Assembly: GCA_043800955.1 (NCBI GenBank)
Contig: JAZDMN010000078.1
Span: forward strand, 1-59,881
Source: Candidatus Micrarchaeota archaeon
Lineage (GTDB): Archaea; Micrarchaeota; Micrarchaeia; Anstonellales; Bilamarchaeaceae
DNA length: 59,881 bases
Reading direction: 5' to 3'
The stretch's first letter is position 1, and every line of letters begins with the position of its first letter. Under the pieces are notes generated by a model. It worked only from the letters and a program-made list of their open reading frames with translations. It did not search any database and was not told where the DNA came from. Positions 35,849 to 44,610 of this stretch are shown here, piece by piece. The position numbers and the translations under genes were made by a program.

Positions 35849-38416
35849 TCACATGGATTTGAACTCGATAAGCATCTTCTCGAGCTCGTCTGCCGTCAGA
35901 AGCAGGAGCGACGAGCTGTCGGATTCCATCTTGACAATCAGTGGTCCTACCGTGGGCGAGGAGTTGATCAGGGTCTGGAACTGCTCCTTGTCGGATGCGC
36001 TCTTGAAGAGGATAATCGCTATGCCGTGGCCGATTGTCGGGATTACGCGGGCCAGAAGAGCGGATGGGTTCATGTTCTTCTCGTAGAAGTGGAGTGACAT
36101 CGTCTGGCCGACAACGGTTATCTCGCTGTCGGCCTCCTTCGATTCCCCTATGCCCGTGAATGGGATGGCGTTGTTGACGCATATGTCGCGCAGGCGGCGC
36201 ATCATTGCCAGGTATTCTACCGTGCGCCTGCTTTCCTGCTGCCAGGCTATCAGTCCGTAATACCCCTGGGATTCCTTGACCATGCCCTTCTTCTCAAGGT
36301 CATCGAGCAGGAATTCCACGTTGTAATCGGTAATATAGACGGGCTTGCCCTTGTAGAATATCTCCTTGAAGCCGTTCTTGACTTCAGGAGCTGTTAGCGG
36401 TGTGTTCTGCCAGCGGTAGTTGCCGTTGACCTTTTCGAAGACGCTTAGGACGGTATCAGGCGAAAGCGGTATCTTGGTCCTGGCTATCGGCGGGAAGTCG
36501 GGGATGTCTATCGAGAAGAACACCTCTTCCTGGCGGGCGAATATGGCTCCGACACCCACGATGCCACCCGTGAGGAGGAGGGTTATCCAGAAGAAAGGCT
36601 CATCGAATATGGTCTTGGGGCGCGTGTGATTGACCGGGACGCTGACTCTCAGTCCGCCGGCTGTGAAATCGAAGCTGTGTTTTCCGATGGGGAGGAGCTC
36701 GCCTCCGGTGTACTGGCCGACGTCAATCGTGAGCTTGTCCACATTGTTGAATGTATAGGTGCCGTACTGCCCCCCGTCTACCTTGACGCTGATTTCGTTA
36801 AGGAGCTTCGGTGTGCCATCCATCATGATGTCGAAGCGGTATCCTGAGCGCCTCTGCTGGTTGTTGCCTGTGTATAGGATGTCGATGGAAACGATTTTCA
36901 TGTAGGTCTGTGCGTACACGCGGCTTTCATCATCTATGAGCTTTACGAGGTATTCCCCGCGGTCCAGGTAGATGAGGACGTCGAATGACGCATCCGCCTG
37001 CAGGTTCAGGTTGCCCTGCGGGAACGTCTGTATCTCGCTGCCGTTGCTGTCATACACGACAAGATACATGTTCGGCTGAGCGGCCTGCAATTCGCGCAGC
37101 TGCGCGTTCATGCGGACCGGGAGATTCGTGATGTTGGCAGAGACGACCCGCCCGCCTTCTTCGATGAATAGGGAGTTGTTCCGCTGCTTCTCGACCCGTA
37201 TGTAGAGCGTCTCCTTTATCGGGTTGTTGGATGTCGCCGAGTACCCGGTGAAATCCACCCTGACCGTCGCCTTGGGCGATTTGAATGGCTCGGAGAAGAA
37301 ATAGCGGTTGCCGGTATAATTGGTCTGGTTGACGAACAGGTATTCCTTGCTCTGAGAGCCTGGTGTGGCCCACGGGACCTCGAACACGATGCGCGAGACG
37401 TCCTCGGCGGCAGCTGAATAGTTCCCCCTCCAGCCGCCATCAAGCGTCTGGGGAAGGAAAATGAACGCCCCGTCCCCGGATTTGACGATGCTGACCGAGC
37501 CGTATGCCTGGCCGGACGCCCACCCGCCTCCGGGCACTGCCCGGTAGAGGGGCTGGAACAGGTGGAAGCCGTCGGTTGAGCTGACAGGGCTGCTCTCGTC
37601 GAACTTAACCGGAAGGTTCTGCATTATCTCTTTGGGCGTGAAGGCGACGAGGGTGCCATTGAGCATTTTCGAGAACGGCTGGCCGATGTATAGTATGACC
37701 ACGCCCCTCTGGGCAAGCTTGTTCATATTCATTGGGCTCTCGATACCGAGTATCTCTTTCGGTACGGCTCCAGAAGGGACGATGACCAGGGCGCCTTCCG
37801 GCACGGTCTCAAGCTGCTTGAGGGTGATTTCGTTGAGTATGATTTTCCTCTTGGCCAGATTCGCCCTTAGAGATGATATGAAATCCGGGTAGGTCGTCGC
37901 CTCAATCCTCTCGCTGTTCAATATGAACACTTCCGAGGGCATCTTATTCTCGTAGGTAGTGAGGTTGACGGAGTAGTTGTCGAGGTTGCGGGCGGTATAA
38001 TCCACGAGAACTGCCGCAATGTAACTGGAGGTGCCCCTGGAGCCGAATGTCATGACCTCCCCGCTTTCCAGGGTGTTCTCGACGGCTGCCTTGTCAATCT
38101 GCGGCTGGAGGAAGCCGGTCCCTGGCTCGATGAGCGCCATAGAAAGGTAGAGCCAGGCCATGCCCAGGATTATTAGCGCGATGAAGATGAACGCCCCGAA
38201 GACCATGAAGTTGAAGCCGCCTTTTGGAGGCTCCGCCATGATTACCGCCGCGGCTTTTTTCTCCTCCTTTTTCGGTTTCAGAAGGGCACGGAATGCGTCC
38301 TTTATGCGCTCCATCGGGGGGCGCTCTTTCATCTTGTAGTGGCCGAGGTACTGGTACTTCTTCTTCAGCTCGAAGCTGTATGTCTTCTTCTTGATTTTCG
38401 TGCTTTGCTCGGCCAT
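35849..38416 (-). CDS. Large bitopic membrane protein (basic N-tail, TM, ~520-aa extracytoplasmic domain, TM, ~245-aa C-domain); unknown function
   Basis: TM1 FNFMVFGAFIFIALIILGMAWLYL and TM2 FFWITLLLTGGIVGVGAIFA. It is the last gene of the VirB4-like cluster. Confidence 0.6.
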   Translation of the reverse strand: MAEQSTKIKKKTYSFELKKKYQYLGHYKMKERPPMERIKDAFRALLKPKKEEKKAAAVIMAEPPKGGFNFMVFGAFIFIALIILGMAWLYLSMALIEPGTGFLQPQIDKAAVENTLESGEVMTFGSRGTSSYIAAVLVDYTARNLDNYSVNLTTYENKMPSEVFILNSERIEATTYPDFISSLRANLAKRKIILNEITLKQLETVPEGALVIVPSGAVPKEILGIESPMNMNKLAQRGVVILYIGQPFSKMLNGTLVAFTPKEIMQNLPVKFDESSPVSSTDGFHLFQPLYRAVPGGGWASGQAYGSVSIVKSGDGAFIFLPQTLDGGWRGNYSAAAEDVSRIVFEVPWATPGSQSKEYLFVNQTNYTGNRYFFSEPFKSPKATVRVDFTGYSATSNNPIKETLYIRVEKQRNNSLFIEEGGRVVSANITNLPVRMNAQLRELQAAQPNMYLVVYDSNGSEIQTFPQGNLNLQADASFDVLIYLDRGEYLVKLIDDESRVYAQTYMKIVSIDILYTGNNQQRRSGYRFDIMMDGTPKLLNEISVKVDGGQYGTYTFNNVDKLTIDVGQYTGGELLPIGKHSFDFTAGGLRVSVPVNHTRPKTIFDEPFFWITLLLTGGIVGVGAIFARQEEVFFSIDIPDFPPIARTKIPLSPDTVLSVFEKVNGNYRWQNTPLTAPEVKNGFKEIFYKGKPVYITDYNVEFLLDDLEKKGMVKESQGYYGLIAWQQESRRTVEYLAMMRRLRDICVNNAIPFTGIGESKEADSEITVVGQTMSLHFYEKNMNPSALLARVIPTIGHGIAIILFKSASDKEQFQTLINSSPTVGPLIVKMESDSSSLLLLTADELEKMLIEFKSM

Positions 38417-38428
38417 ATGAACCCTGCC

Positions 38429-39235
38429 TTACCGGACGACTTCCAGATAACCCTCGCTCACAAGCTTGTTGAGCATCTCCTCGATGCGGGCATCCGGGAC
38501 CTTGTTGAGCTTGGCAAACTCGGTGATGTTTATCGTCCCGCTGTGCTCAGCCACCCACTCCTGAAGCTTGCCTTTCAGAGCCTCGTCGGAAAGCCCTTCC
38601 AGCTGCTGGAGGCGGAGCTTGAATTCGTCGTTCTGCGATTTCAGCTCATAGTTCTGGGATGTAAGGGCCTGGTTCTGCTCGGTCAGCCGGTCGACCTTTT
38701 TCCTGCAGTCGTCGACCTCCTTCTTGAGCGAATCGTAGGACGTGTAGAGCTTGTTGTAGTCCATTGTCACTGAGCCGGCCAGCTCCTTTATCGAAGTCTC
38801 GATGAGCTGGTATATTGTCTTGTTGTCCACTGAATACGAGGACTCGATGAGGGATAGGATGTTGAGCAGGTAGCGGATGACGTCCACGCGCCTCTTCTTC
38901 GGGCTGATTTCAGAGGGGATGGTGTACATCACTTCGAGCTCGTCCTCCTTGAGTTTAACTATTGAGAAGAGATAGGGGTTCTTGTCGATATCCCTGCTTT
39001 CCACGTAGATGACGTTCAGGACGTCCTTTTCAGGGGCGAGCTCGAGGAACGAAATCGAGCGCAGAATGGTGGCGAGGTCCTTCAGCTTGCCATTGACGAG
39101 CTTTCCCTTCATCTTGAAGCCGTCGACCTGCGGCGGGTGCGCCTCATCCTTCAATGGAGCGGCACCCTGCTGCGATGGCTGGGCTGCGCCAGGAGTTGGC
39201 GCGCCTTTCTTTGGCTGTGTCGTTGGAAGCGGCAT
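38429..39235 (-). CDS. Coiled-coil protein with P/Q-rich N-terminus and C-terminal wHTH-like domain
   Basis: Heptad-rich LKKEVDDCRKKVDRLTEQNQALTSQNYELKSQNDEFKLRLQQLE, ending ITEFAKLNKVPDARIEEMLNKLVSEGYLEVV. Confidence 0.55.
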   Translation of the reverse strand: MPLPTTQPKKGAPTPGAAQPSQQGAAPLKDEAHPPQVDGFKMKGKLVNGKLKDLATILRSISFLELAPEKDVLNVIYVESRDIDKNPYLFSIVKLKEDELEVMYTIPSEISPKKRRVDVIRYLLNILSLIESSYSVDNKTIYQLIETSIKELAGSVTMDYNKLYTSYDSLKKEVDDCRKKVDRLTEQNQALTSQNYELKSQNDEFKLRLQQLEGLSDEALKGKLQEWVAEHSGTINITEFAKLNKVPDARIEEMLNKLVSEGYLEVVR

Positions 39236-39244
39236 GTCTACACC

Positions 39245-39832
39245 TCACTTCTTCTTTGTCTTCTTTTTCCTGGCGGTTTCCCCTTTCGCGCCCTGCAGCG
39301 GGGCTTTTGCGGCAGTCCCGGCCTGGCTTTTCTGCTTCGGCGGCTCGGCCTGCGCCGTTTGCATTGGCGCGGGCGGATAATAGGGCCCGGGCGGAACCGG
39401 ACGCGCAGACCCCCCCGAAGCCTGCTTGGCCAGTGTGCTGACCCCTTCGACCGCAGGGACGTACTTGAACATGACCGGCAGGAGCACGATGAACCCCGCC
39501 ACGATGAAGCCGGACACGAAGGCCAATGCCTCGAAGCGGCCTGACAGGATGGGCGCGATTATCATGATGAGGAGCATTATTCCCGCAAGCACGCTTGCAA
39601 AGAGCATAGTCTTCTCGAACGAGCGCCTCCTTTCCATGTGCTTGGGCATGCAGGCCTCGCAGACGAAGAGCTTGTTCATCTGCGCGATGCGGAGCGCCTT
39701 CTTCACTGCCCGGAGGATGCGGATTACGCGGTCCTCCGCTATGGGGAACGCTTTCTTGCCCTCGACATCGAGCTGGCAGGAGACGCACATCTTCCTTCCG
39801 ACGGTTGCACCGTAATTGACATATTCGGCCAT
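39245..39832 (-). CDS. Zinc-finger (CxxC...CxxC) protein with two TM helices and a Pro-rich basic tail
   Basis: CVSCQ...CEAC. TMs are MLFASVLAGIMLLIMIIAPIL and LAFVSGFIVAGFIVLLPVMF. Start set at MAEYVNY, with GAGGGGGTG upstream. Confidence 0.55.
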   Translation of the reverse strand: MAEYVNYGATVGRKMCVSCQLDVEGKKAFPIAEDRVIRILRAVKKALRIAQMNKLFVCEACMPKHMERRRSFEKTMLFASVLAGIMLLIMIIAPILSGRFEALAFVSGFIVAGFIVLLPVMFKYVPAVEGVSTLAKQASGGSARPVPPGPYYPPAPMQTAQAEPPKQKSQAGTAAKAPLQGAKGETARKKKTKKK

Positions 39833-39845
39833 GCCATCCACCCCC

Positions 39846-41429
39846 TCATTCCTCCAGGACAACCTGGCTTATCTCGCGGCCAACGCCGCCGCTTTTCTTA
39901 AGATCCACTTTTCCGAAGATGTTGATTATCGTTATGTCGTCTATCCCCGCGTCTTTGAGGAAGTCGCCGATATTCCTGCGCGCGATGCCGTCGCGCTCGA
40001 GGGTCAGCACGAACGATACGACGTCCATGCGCCTGTTGGATTTATCGAAGACTTTTGTAAGCTCTTCGATTTTGTCGTCGGCCATGCCGAACTGCCGGAG
40101 CTTCCTCCTGAAATCCTCCTTTAGAAACGATACGCTTCTTGACACTGCAACATCCCTCCGCTGTTTGTCTGAGAGCACTCCGCTCAGGTCGAGGAAGAAC
40201 TCCTTGCTTGGCTCCTCGCCTTCAATCTGGCTGATAAGGAACGTGGACGGGTACGGCGTCGACAGCGTCAGCGACAAGTTGACTGCGCACTGACCTACGC
40301 CGAGCCGGCTGATTTCATCGCGCATGTAGTTGCTGAAATTGAGCGAGCCCTGGAGATAGTCCAGGAACTTCTCGAACTTCACCTTCAGCATGAATGTCGT
40401 TCCGACGTTCGAGAATATCGCCTCGCTGATGTCTGTTGGGTTCTGAGACGCGATAATCATGGCGAAATTGTACTTGCGGCCTTCGCGGACAATCATGACA
40501 GCGTCCGAGTTATCGTCTTTCCCGATTTTCCAGGCTTCGTCCAGGACGATGAGGAGTTTGAGGCCCTTCTGCGAGGCCCACCCTTCCAGCCTCATCTTCT
40601 CCTTGATGAACTGCAGTATCGTAAGCGCGGCAAGCGCACGGGACGTCTCATCCGGCAGCCCCGCAAGGTCCAGGTCCACTAAGCCAGACGATATGAGTAC
40701 ATCCAGGCTGACAGTGCTCTGCTGGGCGAAGAAGTCCTCTCCGGGCTTCGTGAACTGCTTGAGGCGGTAAATCGCGTTTTCGAGCTCTGCCGGGAATTCG
40801 TAGGAGCCGACCTGCGACTGTTCGGTGAGCACGCGCACGACGTCTTTGAGCGTGGGAGGGTTGAGGGGCTTTCCAAGCTCATCCTTCTGCTCCCTGGCAT
40901 CCATCCTGAACTTGTTTTCCATATAGACCTTCTCAATCGCCTGCTCGGTGAGCCTTCTCTGTTCAGGATAATTGGTGATGTCGGTAAGCAGCTCCAGCGT
41001 CCTCATGACCTGCTTGATACGGTCGTACGGCTTCATGCCGCCTAAATCAAGGAGGTTGAGGTACGAGCCTTTGCCCAGCGAGACTACCTTGCCGCTGGTC
41101 TGCTTGACCCAGTCGCGGTACTCTCCCGCCCAGTCAATTATCAGGCCGTTGCTGTTCCAGACGAACGCCGAGCGGAGCAGGAATGTCTTGATGAAATACG
41201 ACTTACCTGAACCGGATATTCCGACAATCGCGATATGGGGGTTGGCGACATTCTGGTAGCTCCAGTAGAAGGGCATGTTGAATATCTTGGTCCTGCCGAT
41301 GTAGATGGAATCGGTCGGGTCCCCGAAAAGGACCTCCATGGGCGGCTCCGGCGGATGAACCAGGAGGTTCCTCCTGGATATGGATGAATTTGAGAGCTTG
41401 ACGAGCCTCAGCTTTCCGCCGACAGCCAT
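39846..41429 (-). CDS. VirB4/TrbE/TraC-like (HerA-FtsK superfamily, DUF87-type) ATPase domain protein
   Basis: HIAIVGISGSGKSYF (Walker A), LLIVLDEAWKIG (DEAW Walker B), REGRKYNFAMIIASQNPTDI. Confidence 0.75.
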   Translation of the reverse strand: MAVGGKLRLVKLSNSSISRRNLLVHPPEPPMEVLFGDPTDSIYIGRTKIFNMPFYWSYQNVANPHIAIVGISGSGKSYFIKTFLLRSAFVWNSNGLIIDWAGEYRDWVKQTSGKVVSLGKGSYLNLLDLGGMKPYDRIKQVMRTLELLTDITNYPEQRRLTEQAIEKVYMENKFRMDAREQKDELGKPLNPPTLKDVVRVLTEQSQVGSYEFPAELENAIYRLKQFTKPGEDFFAQQSTVSLDVLISSGLVDLDLAGLPDETSRALAALTILQFIKEKMRLEGWASQKGLKLLIVLDEAWKIGKDDNSDAVMIVREGRKYNFAMIIASQNPTDISEAIFSNVGTTFMLKVKFEKFLDYLQGSLNFSNYMRDEISRLGVGQCAVNLSLTLSTPYPSTFLISQIEGEEPSKEFFLDLSGVLSDKQRRDVAVSRSVSFLKEDFRRKLRQFGMADDKIEELTKVFDKSNRRMDVVSFVLTLERDGIARRNIGDFLKDAGIDDITIINIFGKVDLKKSGGVGREISQVVLEE

Positions 41430-42239
41430 TCAAATCACGCTCTCCTCCATCTCCTGAGCCGTCATCGGGAAGAATTTCTCCCACTCGAAGCACTTTAGCA
41501 TCTCGTCCCCGGTGAGGTTCACGACTTCCACGTTCAGCGCATTTGCCAGCACGGTCTTGAGCTCGTTCGCCTGCGAGCGAGCGCCTGCCATGGCCGCGTC
41601 CTTGCTAAGGCCTACTGCTGTCGTCTGGGCATAGGCTATCACGCCCATCGGCTTCACGCCCTTGATCAGCTTCGTGAGCTGGTTGTCCCAGATGGCGACC
41701 TCGCGCTCGAGCTTGTCCACCCTAAGGACATCGGGCTGCTGCTTGTCGCGCTCGCGGGCAAGGCGCAGCTGCGCCTCGGCGCGCTTAGTCTCGATTGTCT
41801 TCCTCTTCTCGCCTACATCCTCGACATAGAGCATGTATGCGATTTTCGTAACATATTTGATGTTCGATATGGCGCGCTCGAAGAACGCGTTGTAGGCCAT
41901 CGTCTCCTCGCCCGTCTTCTCCGTGGCCGACTCGAAAATCTTGACACCGAGGAAAGCCGACGAATAGAACACGCCGTTGACGCTCTTGACTATGACGTCC
42001 TGGCTAGGGGGTATCTCGTATCCGAGGTCGGATATCATCACGATCTTGGTCCTCTCTGTTATGAGGGGTATCATGATGTAGCCGTATCTCCAGAAAAGGA
42101 CGCCAAGGACAGAGCCCATGAAGGCGAGCAACCCCCCCAGAAGGGAAAGCAGGCCTCCCCCGCCGATAAGGGAAAAGAGGGCTCCGATAAATCCGACCGC
42201 GATAGCGGCATAAGTGTAAGTCTTCGCCGGTGTAGCCAT
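41430..42239 (-). CDS. Two-TM membrane protein with soluble domain; candidate VirB3/VirB4 N-terminal-domain equivalent
   Basis: Start set at MATPAKTYTY, with GAGGT 8 nt upstream and TTTATATA further upstream. TMs are AAIAVGFIGALFSLIGGGGLL and LLAFMGSVLGVLFW. Its stop TGA abuts the ATPase ATG. Confidence 0.55.
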   Translation of the reverse strand: MATPAKTYTYAAIAVGFIGALFSLIGGGGLLSLLGGLLAFMGSVLGVLFWRYGYIMIPLITERTKIVMISDLGYEIPPSQDVIVKSVNGVFYSSAFLGVKIFESATEKTGEETMAYNAFFERAISNIKYVTKIAYMLYVEDVGEKRKTIETKRAEAQLRLARERDKQQPDVLRVDKLEREVAIWDNQLTKLIKGVKPMGVIAYAQTTAVGLSKDAAMAGARSQANELKTVLANALNVEVVNLTGDEMLKCFEWEKFFPMTAQEMEESVI

Positions 42240-42344
42240 ACGATTGTACCTCTGGTTTGATTGATTATTTAAGAAAGTATATAAAAACCGCACTATTGCG
42301 TTCCTGACGTTATTTTATCAACCCGGTTGCCAACCGCGCAATCA

Positions 42345-43058
42345 TCACCTTATCAACGCGCTCTGGGCTCTTTCCACATCCCTTGCGACAAGCACCGGGC
42401 TCGGCTGGGATGACATCCTTAATGCGCCCTGTCTTATGAGGTCAGCGGGGTTCAGGTAGCCCGCCAACGAGGACGGGTCGCGGTAGCGCGCTGCGGGCAT
42501 CAGGGCGAAGAAGTTTTTCCCCCGCAGATATGCGCCAAGCTCGCCCCGCTGGTGCATCTCCATGAAGCTGTCCGCGGAATATGAGCGGCCGCCGAACTGG
42601 AATTCGGTCGTTGCGCTCACATGAACGTGCGGCCCGCTTGCCCCAGTCGCCGACCTTCCGGTCACTGCGACAGGTGAGCCTTCCCCTCCAGGGCGCATTT
42701 CGACTTCGGTGCCTATGGATATGCGTTCCCGCCTGAGAAGCTGGAAGGTTCTGGGCGAGAGGTGGAGAAGGGATACGAAATACGGCCTCCCTTCGTTCGG
42801 GATGAAGAAAATGAGGGCGTTGCCCATAGAGCGGCCTGCAGGCGAGCTCTCGCGCGTCGTGCCAATCAATACCGCCCGGTGCGCCGGGACCTGGATTGGG
42901 ATGCCTTCCGGTACAAAAAGGTCTATGCCGTTATGAGGCGTCTGGCGCACCGCGCCGAAATGGAACCCCCCACCCGTGCGCTCGCTCCGGTCGACAAGCC
43001 GGAACGCCTGCTCGAACGGGTCAGCCCTTCTCGGCACCTGCCCTCCCGGCTGTGTCAT
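42345..43058 (-). CDS. M23 (LytM) family metallopeptidase without an evident signal peptide
   Basis: HNGIDLFVP (HxxxD), LLHLS, TGRSATGASGPHVHV (G.TG.STGPHLH-like). It starts 8 nt after the purB stop. Confidence 0.75.
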   Translation of the reverse strand: MTQPGGQVPRRADPFEQAFRLVDRSERTGGGFHFGAVRQTPHNGIDLFVPEGIPIQVPAHRAVLIGTTRESSPAGRSMGNALIFFIPNEGRPYFVSLLHLSPRTFQLLRRERISIGTEVEMRPGGEGSPVAVTGRSATGASGPHVHVSATTEFQFGGRSYSADSFMEMHQRGELGAYLRGKNFFALMPAARYRDPSSLAGYLNPADLIRQGALRMSSQPSPVLVARDVERAQSALIR

Positions 43059-43066
43059 ATAGCCAC

Positions 43067-44377
43067 CTAGTCTTTCACCGCGTCTTCAACAATCTTCTTC
43101 GCCTGCCCTATATATGTCGTGTAGTCGAAAAGCTCGTCCGCTTCTTTCTTCGAGAGGAGCTTCCGCTCTAATACCAGGTCTTTCATATGGCGCTTCTTGG
43201 CGAACGCCTCTTGTGCAAGCTGGCGGACGGCCTCATGGGCCTCCTGCCTCCCGAGCCTGCCGCTTTCAACCAAAAAAATCATGATGCGCTCGGACATGAC
43301 AAGGCCCTGCGTCAGCTCGAGGTCTTTTTTGATGTTTTCCGGGTAGAATACAAGGCCGTCCAGGATTTTGGTCATCTCGAGAGCCATATAATCGACGGAA
43401 ATGAAGCTTTCGCCGAAAATCGCCCGCTCGTTCGCGCTGTTTGTGAGGTCGCGCTCATGCTCGAGCGCTATGTTCTCCAAGGCCGTCAGGACGTTCGCCC
43501 GTGAGAGGCGCGCAAGCGAACAGACCCGCTCGCATTTGTGCGGGTTGCGCTTCTGCGGCATCGTGGAAGAGCCGACCTGCTTGGCGGAGAATGGCTCGGA
43601 GACCTCGCATATCTCGCTCCGCTGCAGGTTCCTTATCTCCTTGGCCATCTTCTCGAGCAGAGCCGCCGTGATGGCGATTGCGCATAGCGCTTCGGCATGC
43701 CGGTCGCGCTGCACGACCTGGTTCGTCACCGGATCTTCCCCCAGGCCGAGCTCCTTCATGACCAGCTTCTGCATTTTCGGGCCGTCGTTGCCGAAGGTTG
43801 CCATGGTGCCAACGGCGCCGGACATCTTGCCCACCGATATGCGCTTCTTTGCCTCTTTGAGACGCTCGAGGTCGCGCTTGAGCTCCTGGTAATACAAGGC
43901 GAACTTCATCCCGTACGTGGTGGGGACCGCGTGCTGGCCATGCGTGCGGCCGATGCAGACCGTCCCCTTGTGCATAAGGGCAAGGCGCTTAAGCGTGGTC
44001 GCGAGGACGCCAAGCCGCTTCTCGAGCTGGGATATGCCCTCTATGAAAATCAGGGCCGTCGCGGTATCCTCTATGTCGTAGCTTGTGGCTCCCAGATGGA
44101 CGTACTTGCCCGCTTCGCCAGCCTGCTCGGTGAGCGCCTTCACCATCGCCATCAGGTCGTGGTGTATCTGGGCCTCTATCTCGATGACGCGGCTATGGGT
44201 GACCTTCTTTGCCGCCGCCTCTATCTTGGATGGGGCGTCCTTGGGGATGTGCCCGAGAGCGGCATGGGCCCTGGCGAGAGCGACCTCCACGGCCATCCAT
44301 TTGCGGAGTATAGTCTCGTCATCGAAAACAGCGTTCATCTCTGTCTTGTACCTTTCTTCGAATGGAGATATCGCCAT
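43067..44377 (-). CDS. purB: Adenylosuccinate lyase
   Basis: GSSTMPQKRNPHKCE signature plus fumarate-lyase family motifs. Confidence 0.9.
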   Translation of the reverse strand: MAISPFEERYKTEMNAVFDDETILRKWMAVEVALARAHAALGHIPKDAPSKIEAAAKKVTHSRVIEIEAQIHHDLMAMVKALTEQAGEAGKYVHLGATSYDIEDTATALIFIEGISQLEKRLGVLATTLKRLALMHKGTVCIGRTHGQHAVPTTYGMKFALYYQELKRDLERLKEAKKRISVGKMSGAVGTMATFGNDGPKMQKLVMKELGLGEDPVTNQVVQRDRHAEALCAIAITAALLEKMAKEIRNLQRSEICEVSEPFSAKQVGSSTMPQKRNPHKCERVCSLARLSRANVLTALENIALEHERDLTNSANERAIFGESFISVDYMALEMTKILDGLVFYPENIKKDLELTQGLVMSERIMIFLVESGRLGRQEAHEAVRQLAQEAFAKKRHMKDLVLERKLLSKKEADELFDYTTYIGQAKKIVEDAVKD

Positions 44378-44610
44378 GATGGATTATCGGCGTCAAGGAT
44401 TAAAAACATCCGTACCCGCCCGGTCCTGGTCGGGCCTACTCCACGCGAGCCGTGAGGCGAGCAAACAAATAAATACTTGAAAATTCAAAAAGAATAACAC
44501 AGAACCAGAACCCTCAGCTTGGCAAAAATCCCGGTCAGGATGGGTTATCGAAAGCTTTATATATACGAAAAACCATATATTATCACACAAAAACCAGTCC
44601 CCCAGGTGAT

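Noticed and set aside
42240-42293. Track start MRFLYTFLNNQ for the 2-TM protein
   Set aside because: This segment contains the TATA-like TTTATATA and the GAGGT Shine-Dalgarno for the ATG at 42239.
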